DNA of 64,000 nucleotides from Plasmodiophora brassicae (Eukaryota): NCBI GenBank assembly GCA_036867785.1, contig CP145411.1, positions 682,001 to 746,000 of the forward strand, read 5' to 3'. Shown piece by piece: positions 24,801 to 37,067 of this stretch (position 1 is its first letter; each line of letters starts with the position of its first letter). The notes under the pieces were generated by a model. It saw only the letters and a program-made list of their open reading frames with translations, ran no database searches and was not told where the DNA came from. The position numbers and the translations under genes were made by a program.

Positions 24801-24996
24801 GCGAGCCTGCACGATCTGCTTGTTGGACCTTGTCGCAGAAGGCGTCCGCAAGGAGTTCAACCTGACGGAGGCGCAGATGCCTTTGCCCAAGGTTCTCGAA
24901 GGCGGGACGTGGCGTGCTGGACGCATCATCGCTGCCGAGTTGCGCAAGGGAGGCCCTCCCCCGATCCACATCCGCAGCGATGGCACTGTCTTCTGA
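21894..24996 (+). CDS. URC1-URC4 fusion: GTP cyclohydrolase II-like domain plus DUF1688 (uracil catabolism), many introns
   Basis: VAVRVHDECNGSDVFGTDICTCRPYL, YFRKEGRALGE, DARFQELMPD..MSSDKYDAI (URC1) continuing in one exon to SLEAVRERSNRV, IPFHSRMRHF, LLDAGAGPDWKY, VPFHKLSQWL, TGLAEYRNGGL, VLEGGTWRAGR..SDGTVF* (URC4). Confidence 0.92.
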
Positions 24997-25108
24997 GAGG
25001 ACGTCATCATTCTACACTCTGCTGCTCCCCACATAAAAGTGTCCCTAGTGCTGCATTTGCACATATATTACTCTCCCGTCATCTAATGTGAAACACAGCG
25101 GTTCATGC

Positions 25109-26110
25109 CTAACCGGCGAGTTTCTCGCCAGGCGCCTTGTAAGCGTCAGGCCTCGATTCAATTCGGCCCAGCAGGGCTTTCAGGCTGATGCTTGTGGCGT
25201 ACCAGTCGAACAGCATCGATCGCGACAGGTTCAGCACCTCGAGTGCATACAATGCTGCGATGCCGTTACTACAGTAGGGTGCCGTTCAACTGTCCTATAT
25301 CACTTACCGAACAAAATGTGCTGCGTTTGCACGAACAGATCGGGACAGTACGACATCTGCAATCATAAAGGTCAGGCGCCTGACGAACGAAAACGTCTGC
25401 AGGCGCGAACAGACGCATTGGTCGTGTCGAATCTGGTAGGTTGCGAGCGCCCCGATGAGGATGGTGGAGACAGTACCGGAGACCTGCACGGTGCTCACCA
25501 GACGATGGCCTGGCGACGCCTTACTGGAAATGTGCCAACGTCCGAAATCCATCAGTCGTCTGGCGTTCGGCGTGATATGGTACATGGAGACAGCGGTGAC
25601 AAGATTCGAGTAACCCTGGTACGATGCCCTGACGGAAAGCACTGTCGAGACACCACGAACGACGTAAATCGCCGCAAGGACTCCGACGAGGGTGGGGACA
25701 ACGGTGCTACAGGCGCACGAGTCGTGCTGGACCAGAACGGCGATGGCCGCAGCGAACACTAAAGCTACGAGTACGGCCAGCTGCATGAAAACATCCGCCT
25801 GGTAATACCTGGTGATGGACGACGGTGTCATGCGGTCGACAAGAGACGACAGCGACTGGTGGTCGTTGGGATCGCCTTTCGCGAGCAGTGGCCGTGTCTC
25901 CTCTGACGGGGAGTCGTAGGCCTGCATCGTGGCCGCTAGGCTCGCCATCGCACCTGCAATGAAGATCGGAAGCATGACCAGCGCCCACGACCATTTCCGC
26001 AGCAAGTCGGACGTATCCAGCTTGAGAATGAGCAGAATGACGAAGACGTTCAGCGACAGCACCGATATCAGGCTGGCAGCGGCATGGGCGACCTGCGTCA
26101 GAGCGGACAT
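25109..26110 (-). CDS. Multi-pass membrane protein with TMEM185/TMEM60-like N-terminus
   Basis: FVILLILKLD..WSWALVMLPIFI motif followed by several hydrophobic helices. Confidence 0.6.
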
Positions 26111-26341
26111 CGCGACGGACGACCGATCAGCGACGTGTGACGGCATGCCCTCCCACAAGGCGCCCCCATGCTGACACGCTCTACGTACGTACAGTACGTA
26201 CATACGCGGCCGTGTCTACAAATAGTCGGGCCAAGCCACCCGTGAGTTCCATTCGTAGACAAGCGCCGACAAGTATTGCGTACGAACGTTCCAGAGCGCT
26301 GCTGCGGGCGGGTGGCCACTGGCCAGACGGCACGCGCCCCG

Positions 26342-28872
26342 TTACCCGCGCCTGCGCCCGAGCGCGTAATGCAGGACGTCGGCGACATGGAGTGCTGCTC
26401 GCACTATGTCAACACGCCCGCCATGCTGGTGGCCATTGTGTTCCTGGCGTTCGCCGATCTGAGGGTCGTCGCGTTCCTGTCGTCGAGCAGCCGATGTCAT
26501 ATCGCGATCATGGTCGTCCTCTGGTCCGCTGTGTTCGTCATGAGCGCGCTGATGCAGTTCCCGATGGTGGCCGCTCTGACAGGGTGTAACGCGTTCCTGG
26601 AGACGCTCCATTTCATCGCGCCGAGAGCCTGTAGTCTATCGTTCACGTTTGTAGACGGGAGAAGCAAGCGAGCATGATACACCGCCGAGTCTATCATCTT
26701 GTGTATTCCACTTGCCGCTCTCTGTAAGCGATTACAGTTCGAAGTGCTGAATACAAATCCTGCTCTAGCTGCTCGACGCTGTCGTGGTGACTGAGGCGCA
26801 GCCAGCGAGACTGAGCGGTGCCGCTGGATAGGTCGTTCAGCAGCTGGGCGCTGTGCCATGCTTCGGCAACCTCGGTTTCCAGTTCAGTAACGCGGTCAAT
26901 AAGTTGAGCATTGCTGGAAACGTGTTCAGATAACGAAACCGAGCTCACGGCGATGGGATCCGACCTGTCTTCCAGGAATGCTTTGTCGGCAGATATATCG
27001 TCGATTTGCATGTTGAGAGCCTGAACCTCGGACTCCAGCTGTACTATACGATCAGCAGTTTCCTACACAGAAGACCGTCAAATTATCGGGCCAGTGCTGC
27101 TGCAACACGTAAAAATGACCTGCTGCTCGGCATGCTCTCCTTGCTTACGCATGTACAGGGTTTTGTACTGATGAAGCTGACGGCAAACTGCTAAGAACGG
27201 TTGCATATGCATAGGGCTATGAAGGTCTCACCTGAATCTGAAGAAGCCGATTGTGCCTGGACAGATCTTGCTGTTTCAGCAGCAATTCGGAGGCCATTCG
27301 CTCTGATTCCGATCTGCGCTCACCGTTCGTCGGTGAACCATCGCATGGGATTTCGTTCACCTAAGCGGCCGGATTAGTACAACAAATGACAGAGCTCGAC
27401 AACGAAGCTCACCAAAGCCACATTAGTCACATTGCCTATGCGATTGGCGATTCGCAGGGTTGAAATAGACTCTTCCGAGCACGAACGAGCAGGCGTAATA
27501 CATTGAATAAAGGCCGTCCGAGAATTGCCACCCAAACAGTTCTGGATACAGTTAGCACGTCACCAAGGCACCAGTTCCCGCACGGACGTACTTTCAAGAT
27601 TAAGGTAAGGCGGCTGTCTCGGAATGGCGCATGACTGTCACACGTGGGGGTTGAGTTCGCGAGTCGTTGCAGTGCCGTTCCAATGAGAGGGGTACACACC
27701 TAAGGCCCCGGCTTAGAGCCGAAATCACAATACCTAGAAACAAAAGGCTCTTGTTGATCGCAGTGCCTTCTTTAAACAGCACACCACTTGCTCCGGCACG
27801 CGCAATCCGTTCTGTGGATGTTCGATGAGGCGACAACGACGTGATACTTCATTCGACCTACCGGATCCCGCAAGGTCAACGAAGTTCAACTGGGAGACTA
27901 GCTTGGTAGACTTCATTGCGGTGTCTGCGTCTGCTAGCTTAGTTTAGCACAACCTTGCAATAAAACGCTGCAGCACACCATTGGCTTTGCTTTCGATCGA
28001 GATACGGAAGATGACGTGCGACCGCGAACTGTGCTCGTTCATTTGCGTTCGCGATACTTTCCGGTTCGCTTGGCTACTTTCCATGAGCTCGAACGCCTGT
28101 TCTTCCGACGACAGCACGACTTCGCTGAGTCCTTTTATTGTAACTCTCTGAGGCATGGTTACATATCCTCAGGAAGGGGCATACTAGACGTACCTCTCTA
28201 TCCTCCTGGACGCTCAGATTGTCGTCAGACCCGGTCAGCAAGTCGAACACGTGCTCGTTGTAGATCTCGATATAAGAGAACTTTAGGACGAACTGCCTTG
28301 AGGGCACCTGCCGTGCACTGCATGAACAAGGCGACGACAATGCCTATTTGTTAGCGGCGAAGCGAACCTCTTCAATGGAGCGGAAAATGTCGCGAAGTGC
28401 CAGTGGGATGATACCTGGCTCAGAGTCGTTGCCCTGGCAGGTGTAGGTTTTGCCCTAAAACGCATCCGCAATGAAACGTAGGTCACATCAACTGACAAGA
28501 GCAGCGTACCGCCGACGTCTGCCCGTAACAGCAGACGGCGCCGTTTATGCCCCTGAGGCTATCCTGCACGATTGGCGCCACAAGTTCCTCGTATACAGCT
28601 GACGTCTTCGCTCCCGGGCCAAACACGTGCTGAAACCTGGGATACTGTTCAACGAGGAGCAACGATGCAGGGCCGGCTGTGCGCACGCACCGGAAGTCGG
28701 GCACCTTGCCGGCCTTCTTCGCCGCCGTGTCCGTCTGCGTGATGACCGCCCCGTCGACGCGCCATGCCACGGATTCGCCCGATTGCGCCTCGCTGGGCGT
28801 CAGCGGGCGCACGCGCACGCCCACTTGGATGTGCTCCGGTCGCGAATCCGCCGTCCCGTTCGGTTTCGACAT
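26342..28872 (-). CDS. Kinesin motor protein (kinesin-7/CENP-E-like) with short coiled-coil tail
   Basis: IQVGVRVRPL, CYGQTS.GKT, SYIEIYNE, TQMNEHSSRSH, LNFVDLAGSE, INKSLLFLG, PFRDSRLT.IL. Confidence 0.93.
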
Positions 28873-29096
28873 GGCGGCCGCCCCAATGACAGCCGCCCCA
28901 AAGACAACCGCCGCCACTCGGCGTTTGTACAAAAATGGCGCCCCAAGGCCAACAGCACGTCTGCGGCGGCATTCAACGACGATCATGAAACGACTACGAG
29001 GCCCAACGGATGAGCCGCGCAGCAGCAGCAGCAATTCTGCCCAGTGCTGTATGTTTGTATTGCGATCCGCAGCGCCTCTGGTGGTAACGCGTGCCG

Positions 29097-31530
29097 TTAG
29101 AAACAGCCTTCGGAGGAGGACGCAGCGAAGGCCTGCGTGGAGCCCGTGACGCATAAGGTCGCCACTGGGCATCGAGCACGGCGGCGAAGGTCCATGCTGG
29201 CGATATCCATTTTGTTCTAGACGTAAACCGTTAGCAGCAGGGGTAGCGGCGCGCAGCGTCCCAGTACGGAATACATCGACAATGATGAACTGCAGTGAGG
29301 ACACGAACTCGGCGAGGCGCTGGTGCGCAGACGACGACTCGCCCGAGTCAATTGACGCCAGCGAAGTCAGAATGTCCTGCATGATCGTTCCTGAGAGCGT
29401 GCACGACAGCAGCTCCTGCAATCGGCGACTCAGAACCCATGCACGTTACGCAAGGGGCACGACCTTCTCGTCGCCTTACATTCCTCAGCCGGTTCAGTGC
29501 CAGAACAGGGATGGTACGAGGGCGAAGGGCATCCGATAGTGACGACACAGTTTTCAGCAGGCGCCTGGAATCGATTATCCGAGCAACCGGTGTGATGCTC
29601 GAGCCTGTCCGAGGCGTCAGCCGGTGAAGGATGCGGGACGAGTTAGAGACACGTACCGGTCCCGAATTGCAAAGGACAGATAAACCCGCACAACGATGAG
29701 ATACGCATGGAATACTGGCCGTAACCCATCAGACTCAGAAGCGGTTCAAGGCATTGAAGGACGCTGGCAGGAATGAAATCGGACCTTGTCAGCCCTGATC
29801 AGAGTGGTCAATAGGCAGCCCAATCCAATATCTGCACAGCGCTCTTGCGCGTACCATAGCCGACATCCTGACAAACCAGATCGATCAGTTCTACAGGGTC
29901 AACAGAGCCACCGGCAGCGTCGTAGGTCATATGCGATTTGCTTGCAGTGGCAAGCAGTTCACGTGTCGACCTTTCGGGGGAAAGAACGACGAACTTAATG
30001 ATGTCTCTGATACGTGGCGAGTCAGATGATGACGGTCGGCGACTGGTACTCGGTACAACCGATGTTGACGAACTAGGCCAAGAGCGCTGGCCAGTGAAGG
30101 GAAAGGCCGATCGAACGATAGCGTGAATATGAGCTGAATGCGACTAAAGTCGCGCATGGTCGTGATCAGCTGCGTCAGCTCTGCCACCGCCGTCTAACCC
30201 ATGATTATTGCAGGGCTGTCTCACGAAACCGTGGTGCCAACTCGTTACCTCCTCTTCGCCCCGGACAAGGTGGTACCGAACCCCAGGAAATATACGGCCT
30301 ATCATGAATCGAGGCTATTCAATGATTGCGATCGGATCGCCATCCTGTGCCCACCTTTCAGCAAGGCCGAATTGGGTATGTGAGCAAAGTCGATCAGTCG
30401 GTCGTAAGCCAGGTCGACAATAATCAGGCATCGACGCGTCACTTGCTCAATATGTAGCAATAGAGTGTTCAACTGAGCAACGTGACTGAACGACGATAAA
30501 GCACCTGCGGGGGATTAGACATAGATGAATTCTCTGCAAGCGACACGAAACGAACCGCCTTTGATGTCCAGAATGAAAGACAGTTCCGATGGAAACAGGT
30601 TCTCGATCTTCCTCAAGCGCATGTCGACCAACGACGTGGACAGGAGCTGACCAGACCCAGTCGTAACCTGGAACCCATGTGAGACATCATCCCAATAACC
30701 ACCAACCCCTCAAACGTACGTGCAACTCAACAACGAGCGGGAGGCTCGACCGGTTCGACTTGATTTCACTGGCCAGGGCGTCCAGATCAGCATCGAAGGG
30801 ATCGCCAGGTACGCCCGCTGCAAACGTAATCGCCTCCCTGAAGAACGTCGCAGACCGACAGTACTCGGTCGACAGCAACCCGTGCACCGGGCAGTTCCTC
30901 TCCAGGTATACGGTGTCGCCTCTCTGAACCACCTAACCCGGGTCCTCTCATTAGGTCCCCGACCGACAAACGTCGCGGGGGTGCCACGCTTACAATGGCG
31001 GGTACTGGATCGTACCCTCGCCGTTCCGTAATCGAACAAGGTACGCATAGCGTCCGGGTGTGGTACAGGATGGCGTTCTCACCCACGACGTCAACCTCGG
31101 ACCGTTCAGCACCCGATGTTCGGTCGCGTTGGTAGCAGGCCATGCAGGCCTAATCAGCATCTGGATAAATCTGCAATACGCGATGCCCCGGGGGAGAGCG
31201 TTACCCGATACGTCTCTGGATGCGCCGACCCCTTCTCGGACACATCGATCCGCATACTCGAGCACGCATGGCAGAACACGCGCCCACAGAACCGGCAATG
31301 GCTATTCGCTTGCTCAGACCTGCACCCGTATACGTACGGTAGCAACGACGGTGCCTACTGCTGCAATGTACCCGCCGTCAGCAGCGTCGAACCGAATTGC
31401 GAAACAGACTGCGGGGTACCTTTCGCCTGAACAACGTGAACGCCGCTCTGCACGCATGGCAGTTGTCAGCCTGGGAGTCGGGTACCCACTTGAAATCCAG
31501 CGAGCGTCGCTGATGGAGGCGCCCCTCCAT
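29097..31530 (-). CDS. FYVE zinc finger fused to a degenerate Tes/GDGT-MAS (MJ0619)-like radical-SAM-fold protein
   Basis: WVPDSQADNCHAC..FTLFRRKHHCRFCGRVFCHACS..R|ACMACY (FYVE); TRTLCVPC..VPAIVVQRGDTVYLERNCPVHG (rubredoxin-like Tes N-terminus); DFIP, SLCG, KMDIASMDLRRRARC (Tes C-terminal motifs). Confidence 0.75.
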
Positions 31531-31763
31531 CGCCGACGCCGTCACACTCCGAAAACTGCGGCCCCAGACCACCACAAACTGGCGGCGTACCCCTAATGGC
31601 CCACTACGTGCTCATTGCCCTTGCCGCTCTGGTCGGACAGTTGTGTATTAGGGGGAGACCATCGATCTCAACCGCCGACTTATGGCGATGGTGCTGTCCT
31701 CTGCCTGACGCCGGCGCGTACCTGTCCAACAGGCTACAGGGGTCGTTAAGGAACCAACCAGGC

Positions 31764-33854
31764 TTAGCAAAGACGGTCAGGTGTGACCTGTACCTGGCGC
31801 AATGTGCCGGTCCTATCGTCCGGGACAAATTCGTCGTCCAGCGACCGCCGGCGGTCCTTTCGTCGTCGCCGCCGGTAGACGAGGACGAGGACGGTGCCTA
31901 GCAGGATGACGAATGCGGCCGCCAAAACCCCGATCAGAGCTGGCGACGAAGATGCATCGTCCACGGTCGTGTCTTCCATGGCGTTGCCTTGATTCGCGCT
32001 GGGCGCTGCAGCAGTTCCCGAAGCTGCCCGCCCCATGATTTCGCTCTGGTGTCCATTGCCGATGAACGTATACTTGCTGGTTGACGACTGATCGAAGTTC
32101 AGCGCATACAGTGCCTAGAGGTGGCGACTGAGTGTCGGCCGCAGACATAGAGACCTGCTCGCAGCAACGACCGACCCCGTCGTCGCTTCCAATCAGGAAA
32201 TCGACCCATTTCAGTTGCGCTTGCGTGCCTCGATCTGCACCAGGGTCGTCGTCGTTATACGAGATCAACTCCAGCGCGCCCGGGTCCGGCTTCCTGAGCA
32301 GCACGATGTCGGTTGCGGGAATCGCGCCGTTGCAAGGCCGATGTTACCCATTCGGAGCGTTCCTGAACGCGAAGATGCACTGCATGGACGAATCGGCCCA
32401 CAGCAGACGGTTCTTCCAGGATGGCCCCCATCCTTTGCCAGAATGGAATGCGAAGGCGGCTGGTGATACCGTGTTCCTCATCTGCTCACGCGCCCCATCT
32501 TAGGCAGCACACGTCACGACACGCACAGGTTACGTACACAGTGCTCCTGAGCGCCTGGAATGTGGAACCCCTGGAACGCATCGGTCAGTTCCACCATGGA
32601 CGTTGCAAAGCCGAGTTAGGGCGACCTTTTGTCGCGAGTACGCCAGGAATGGTTTTACAACAGGGCCGACCAGCTGTGTGCACCCTGGGTCGGCACCGTA
32701 CGACGGCTGCGGGACATTGCCTTCGAAGCAGGGCCAGCCAAAGTTCGGTATGGCAGCATTGCCCGGGTTGACCGGATCCGGGATGACATTGATCTCCTCG
32801 TAGAAATCTGATCCGACATCCCCGACGTATATGTCGTTGGTTTCCGGATGGATCGCGAACCGAAACGGATTGCGAAGGCCACGCGCCTTCACGACAATGT
32901 CGATCCCCAGCACCAATGGCGTGGCCGACGCGAGCTTGGCCTTCGGGACATACAACAACTGGACATGGGTCGTTGCGTCAGCACACTGCTGTTAAGATGC
33001 CTGGCATGGCGGTCTGTTAACCTTTCCATGCGGGTACTGATCCCACTGTGACCTCCAGACGCCTTGAGGGCGCCGGTCGCTCTCCACGTGACAAGGGGCG
33101 CCCGGCCTTCCCCGGTCCTGTACGATGACCGCTGAGTGCCATGGTGGACGCAGCATGCAGCGAACTCGGCCAGTACATCAACAGTATAGCTGGACCCATC
33201 GCCTCCTGATACAAAGAGGCCGCCATCCCGTGCCCACGCCAGGTTGCCGATATGGTGCGACAGGCCGTTCGAACACCACCCCACGTACAGGACGCCGTCG
33301 ACGGCAGCATGTGTATCGTCGCCTTTCAGGCGAACGAGATGTGCTGTGGAATCGCAGGATCCGTCGATGGCTAGGCCGTCGCCCGCTGGGCAGACGGAAG
33401 GGTCTGGCAGGACGGGGCGGGGGTCAGTGGGGGACGTGCCCCGATTCACCGACATCAGTACGTAGATGTAGGGATCCGTCGGATAGTTCGGGGCAACCGC
33501 CATGCCTAGCAGGCCGTGGTCGCCCCAGGTCGCCGTCAGGTCGCGTTCTGCACGCCACAGCTCCACGTAGCTGTTCGAATCGGCCCGGACCGAATCGAAC
33601 ACACGAATCCAGCCACGTTTGTCGGCACAGAACACCTATTGGATGGGAACATGAGTGCTGAGAAGATGCCATCATTCGTAGCTGTGGGCGACCTTGCCGC
33701 TGTTGGCAACGGCGAGCTTAACGCATTGCCCAAGGCCATCCCAGTGCGCGTCTTCAGTGAACTGGTGCGGGTCTTGCACCTTGGCACAGCAGTGCCCGAT
33801 GAGAACAATGCTAATACATGCCGCGATGGCAACGGCTGCCACCGATTCCGGCAT
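31764..33854 (-). CDS. Glucose/sorbosone dehydrogenase (PQQ-type beta-propeller) with signal peptide and C-terminal TM anchor; 3' end approximate
   Basis: GDHGLLGMAVAPNY, SHHIGNLAWARDGGLFVSGGDG, ARGLRNPFRFAIHP..IYVGDVG..YEEINVI..NFGWPCFEG; TM ALIGVLAAAFVILLGTVLVLVYRRRRRK. Confidence 0.85.
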
Positions 33855-33991
33855 CGCCAACGACGTCGACTGTTCGTCACGAGGCACGCGACGCAAGGAG
33901 CCCTTTCGAAATATCTGGACATCTCAATACAGGACAGCATTATCCCTTGGACGCCATCTTCGAGTTTATCGACAACCCGGTAGAGTTGCGT

Positions 33992-36780
33992 TCACAGCTC
34001 GTCCTTGGTGGGATCGGTTGTCTTTTGTTTCGCGAACCCTTCCGGCGGTGCCGTACACTGCCCACCATCGTCCTCTGAACTACAGGACGGCGATCCTGTC
34101 GTCTCGGGTGCGGCCGACGCAGACTTGAACGGCGGAAGAGCATCCAGCGCCGACGTTCGTGCCTTGCCTTTGGACAACATGTCGAGGAAGTCCAGGATGG
34201 AACCTTTCTGGAACGCGCCAATGAACTCAGCGTAGCGAAGCTTCCGAGCGTGCAGTGCGACAATGTGCACATCCAGGTTCGGGCTCAGTCGGAATGGCTT
34301 TGCAAACGCTTCGAACTCAGTTAGGTTGATGGTCAGGAAGTGGAACGGCTGCTTGCGGACGGATGCGGCAACGTCATTGAGAATGGCGAGCTTGTCGGCG
34401 TCGGACGAGCCAGGGAAGAAGACGAGGATGCATAGCCCGAGCTTGTTACGGCACAGCTCATCAAATTCAGCTTGACTAGAAACAGGGACGACCAGCTCCT
34501 CCACCTCCGCAGCAGCAGCGACGGGTTTACCATCGACTGGAATGTGTTTCGATAGGAATTTGTTCAGTGCCGCTAGCGACATGTCATCGGCATCGTAAAC
34601 AACCGGGGCACTGTCACTGCCCGCAGGGAAGACCAACAACGATGGGGACTTTTTCAAATTCCATTCAGAAAGAACCTGAGTCAGATCGTCAGACAGGCAC
34701 GTCCCAGCATTGAAAGTACAGACGGCGACCTTCTCTGATTCCGTAATTGCACCTAGTCGACTGAAGCCCTTGAATTCCAGTGCAAGCGCTTTGACTATAG
34801 GAGGGACTTCTTTCTTCGAGGTGACGAGAATGGCCTTAGGGACCACTGGTTTGCCAGAAACCCATTTCTTCGCCGCCGTTAACGACGAAAATAACTTTGC
34901 TTCGTTTGGCAGCATGCTAATGGCGAAAGAGGACAGAGCCTAAACGAAAATCGCTGATTGAGCTTCGATCTGCACCAATGCTCTGATCACTAATTACCTT
35001 GGTAGTCCGTGCACCGGGATAGTCGATCGGGGACGATTTGTCGACGCCGAATACTTTGATAGTCGGGTAGCCCTTGATGTCGTATCGTGATGCCAGCCCA
35101 GTAGATGCCGTTGCGTCAACCGCGCCGAAACGGACAACTCCCTTCAACGAATTGGCCGCCTTCTGCCATTTCGGAGCGAGCTGCTGGCAGTGCCCGCACC
35201 AGGGCGCATAGAACTCAACAAACCAGATCGCGTTGCTCTTCAACACCCGGTCGCTGAAGTTATTGTCTGTGAGCTCGACGTTGAAGTTGCCAGAGGCTTT
35301 CGACGGCTTCTTCGGTGACGTCTTTGATTTGGGCTTCGGCTCCGGTTTCTTCACGGCCGGACAATTCACCGTCGATCCAGCCAGCTTCGGGAACGTGCTC
35401 ATTGGCTGCGTCTTGATTCGACCAGACACAATGCCGAGTAGGAAATCGGAAATGCCCTAAGAGTCGTCGGTGAGCAGAAATACGCCTCAACGGCAATGCA
35501 CACGTACCTCAGAACTAAAGGATCCAACGAAATTCGCGAATCGGAGCTTGCGAGGACTGACGACAACGACACGGGCGTAGTCCAGTGACCCGATCCCGAA
35601 GGCATCGTTAACAAATGCACTTTGGGCAGATCCATCAATCCATCCAAAGCGGAAGAGTTTCGAGTCCGCCTTCTCAGCGACTTCGTCCATTATATCCAGC
35701 TGAGACGCGCTGGGCGTACCATCCGGTGTCAACAGCAGAACGCAAAGAGCACCAGATTCGACGCATTTGGCCTGCATGCACGACTCGTCGGATAGATGAG
35801 GAACGTTCGACAGCGATGGGTCAGCAGGAAGGGCGTAGCGTCGGAAGAAACTGGTCAACTCCGCCTGGTCGATCTGGCCCTCATAGCGGATAGCGGTTGA
35901 CGGAGACGGTGGGTCAGTTGACACCGGGAACACGAACAGGGTGGGGAACTTAGTCACGCCGTACTGGGCGGCGACGCCCGACTCTGATTTGTGAACCTCT
36001 CCCAAAATCATCCGATCAAGGAATGAGTACGACAGCGACTGCGACAAATTAGACCTCTTATCGGCATGGGGCTGGCGGAAGTAGACAAACCTTATACAGT
36101 GGCGACGTTTGCTTTGACTTGGTGAACAGCAGAGCTTTCGGCACCTCAGGTTTGCTCGTTAAGAACTTGTCTAGAGATGACTCCGTCACCTTGACGACCT
36201 TCGACGGGAGGTTAGCCAGAACGAATTTCACGCTGTTATCGGAATGTCAGCACGCCATAACCGACACAACACGGGAAAGGATGACAGACATTCCGTCCGA
36301 CGTTCGCGGCCCTTCGAAGTCCATCGGTTTGCCATCGACGAAGAACTTGATGGTAGGAAACCCTCGGATCCCGTACTGTCCACCGATCGGCTTGTTCGAC
36401 TCTGCGTACCGCAAAGGAATTATTATGAAAGCTTCGGGCAGTCATCACAGCGGCAAATGCCAACCTTCGTCTAAATCGATAGCGGCAACCTTGACTTTCC
36501 CCGAGAGCTTCGAAGCGGCCGCTTCATATTCGGGTTTCAAGCTCTTGCAATGCCCGCACCACGGCGCGTAAAACTGTTCGACGACGCACCTGCGTCAGCG
36601 TTCATCGCCCCCTATTCGACAGCGCGCACGTCCGACCTCGACGAGAACCGGAGCGCCGGCTCGCACAGTCCGATCGAAATTGCTTGCGTCCAGCCGGACG
36701 ACGGGCGACTTGGGCCCGTACAGACCTTGGGCCACAGCAGCGCACAACGCTGCCGCACAGACCAGCCTGAGCGACAACAT
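33992..36780 (-). CDS. Protein disulfide-isomerase (PDIA6/P5-like, multiple thioredoxin domains)
   Basis: Signal peptide; two FYAPWCGHC active sites; several redox-inactive Trx-like domains; C-terminal KDEL. Confidence 0.93.
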
Positions 36781-37067
36781 CCCCGATGATGAGGCGATGA
36801 CGTGTCACGGCGTTCGACGTTTGTTGGTCTTTTTTACAGCGCCGCCTGGAATATTCCGCGTGTCCAACCCAGACTGTGTACGTCCTACGCCGCCCGTAAA
36901 ACGGCGGGCGCACCCTTTGTCGAGTTACTACCAGGTGCGGGTCTTGATTCTGTTTGAAGGACAACGTGAAAGTGAACCCTGATCTGTACTCAGTTGGAAT
37001 GAAATAGGCCCGGGGAGCGGGAGCGTTCGATCGTCGGTTTGCGCCGAGCGTGCGGCGTGCGCGGTAA

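Noticed and set aside
28873-29421. N-terminal extension of the kinesin suggested by ORF 28483-29421
   Set aside because: The upstream part is an exon of the FYVE-Tes-like gene read through an intron; the kinesin more plausibly starts at ATG 28872.
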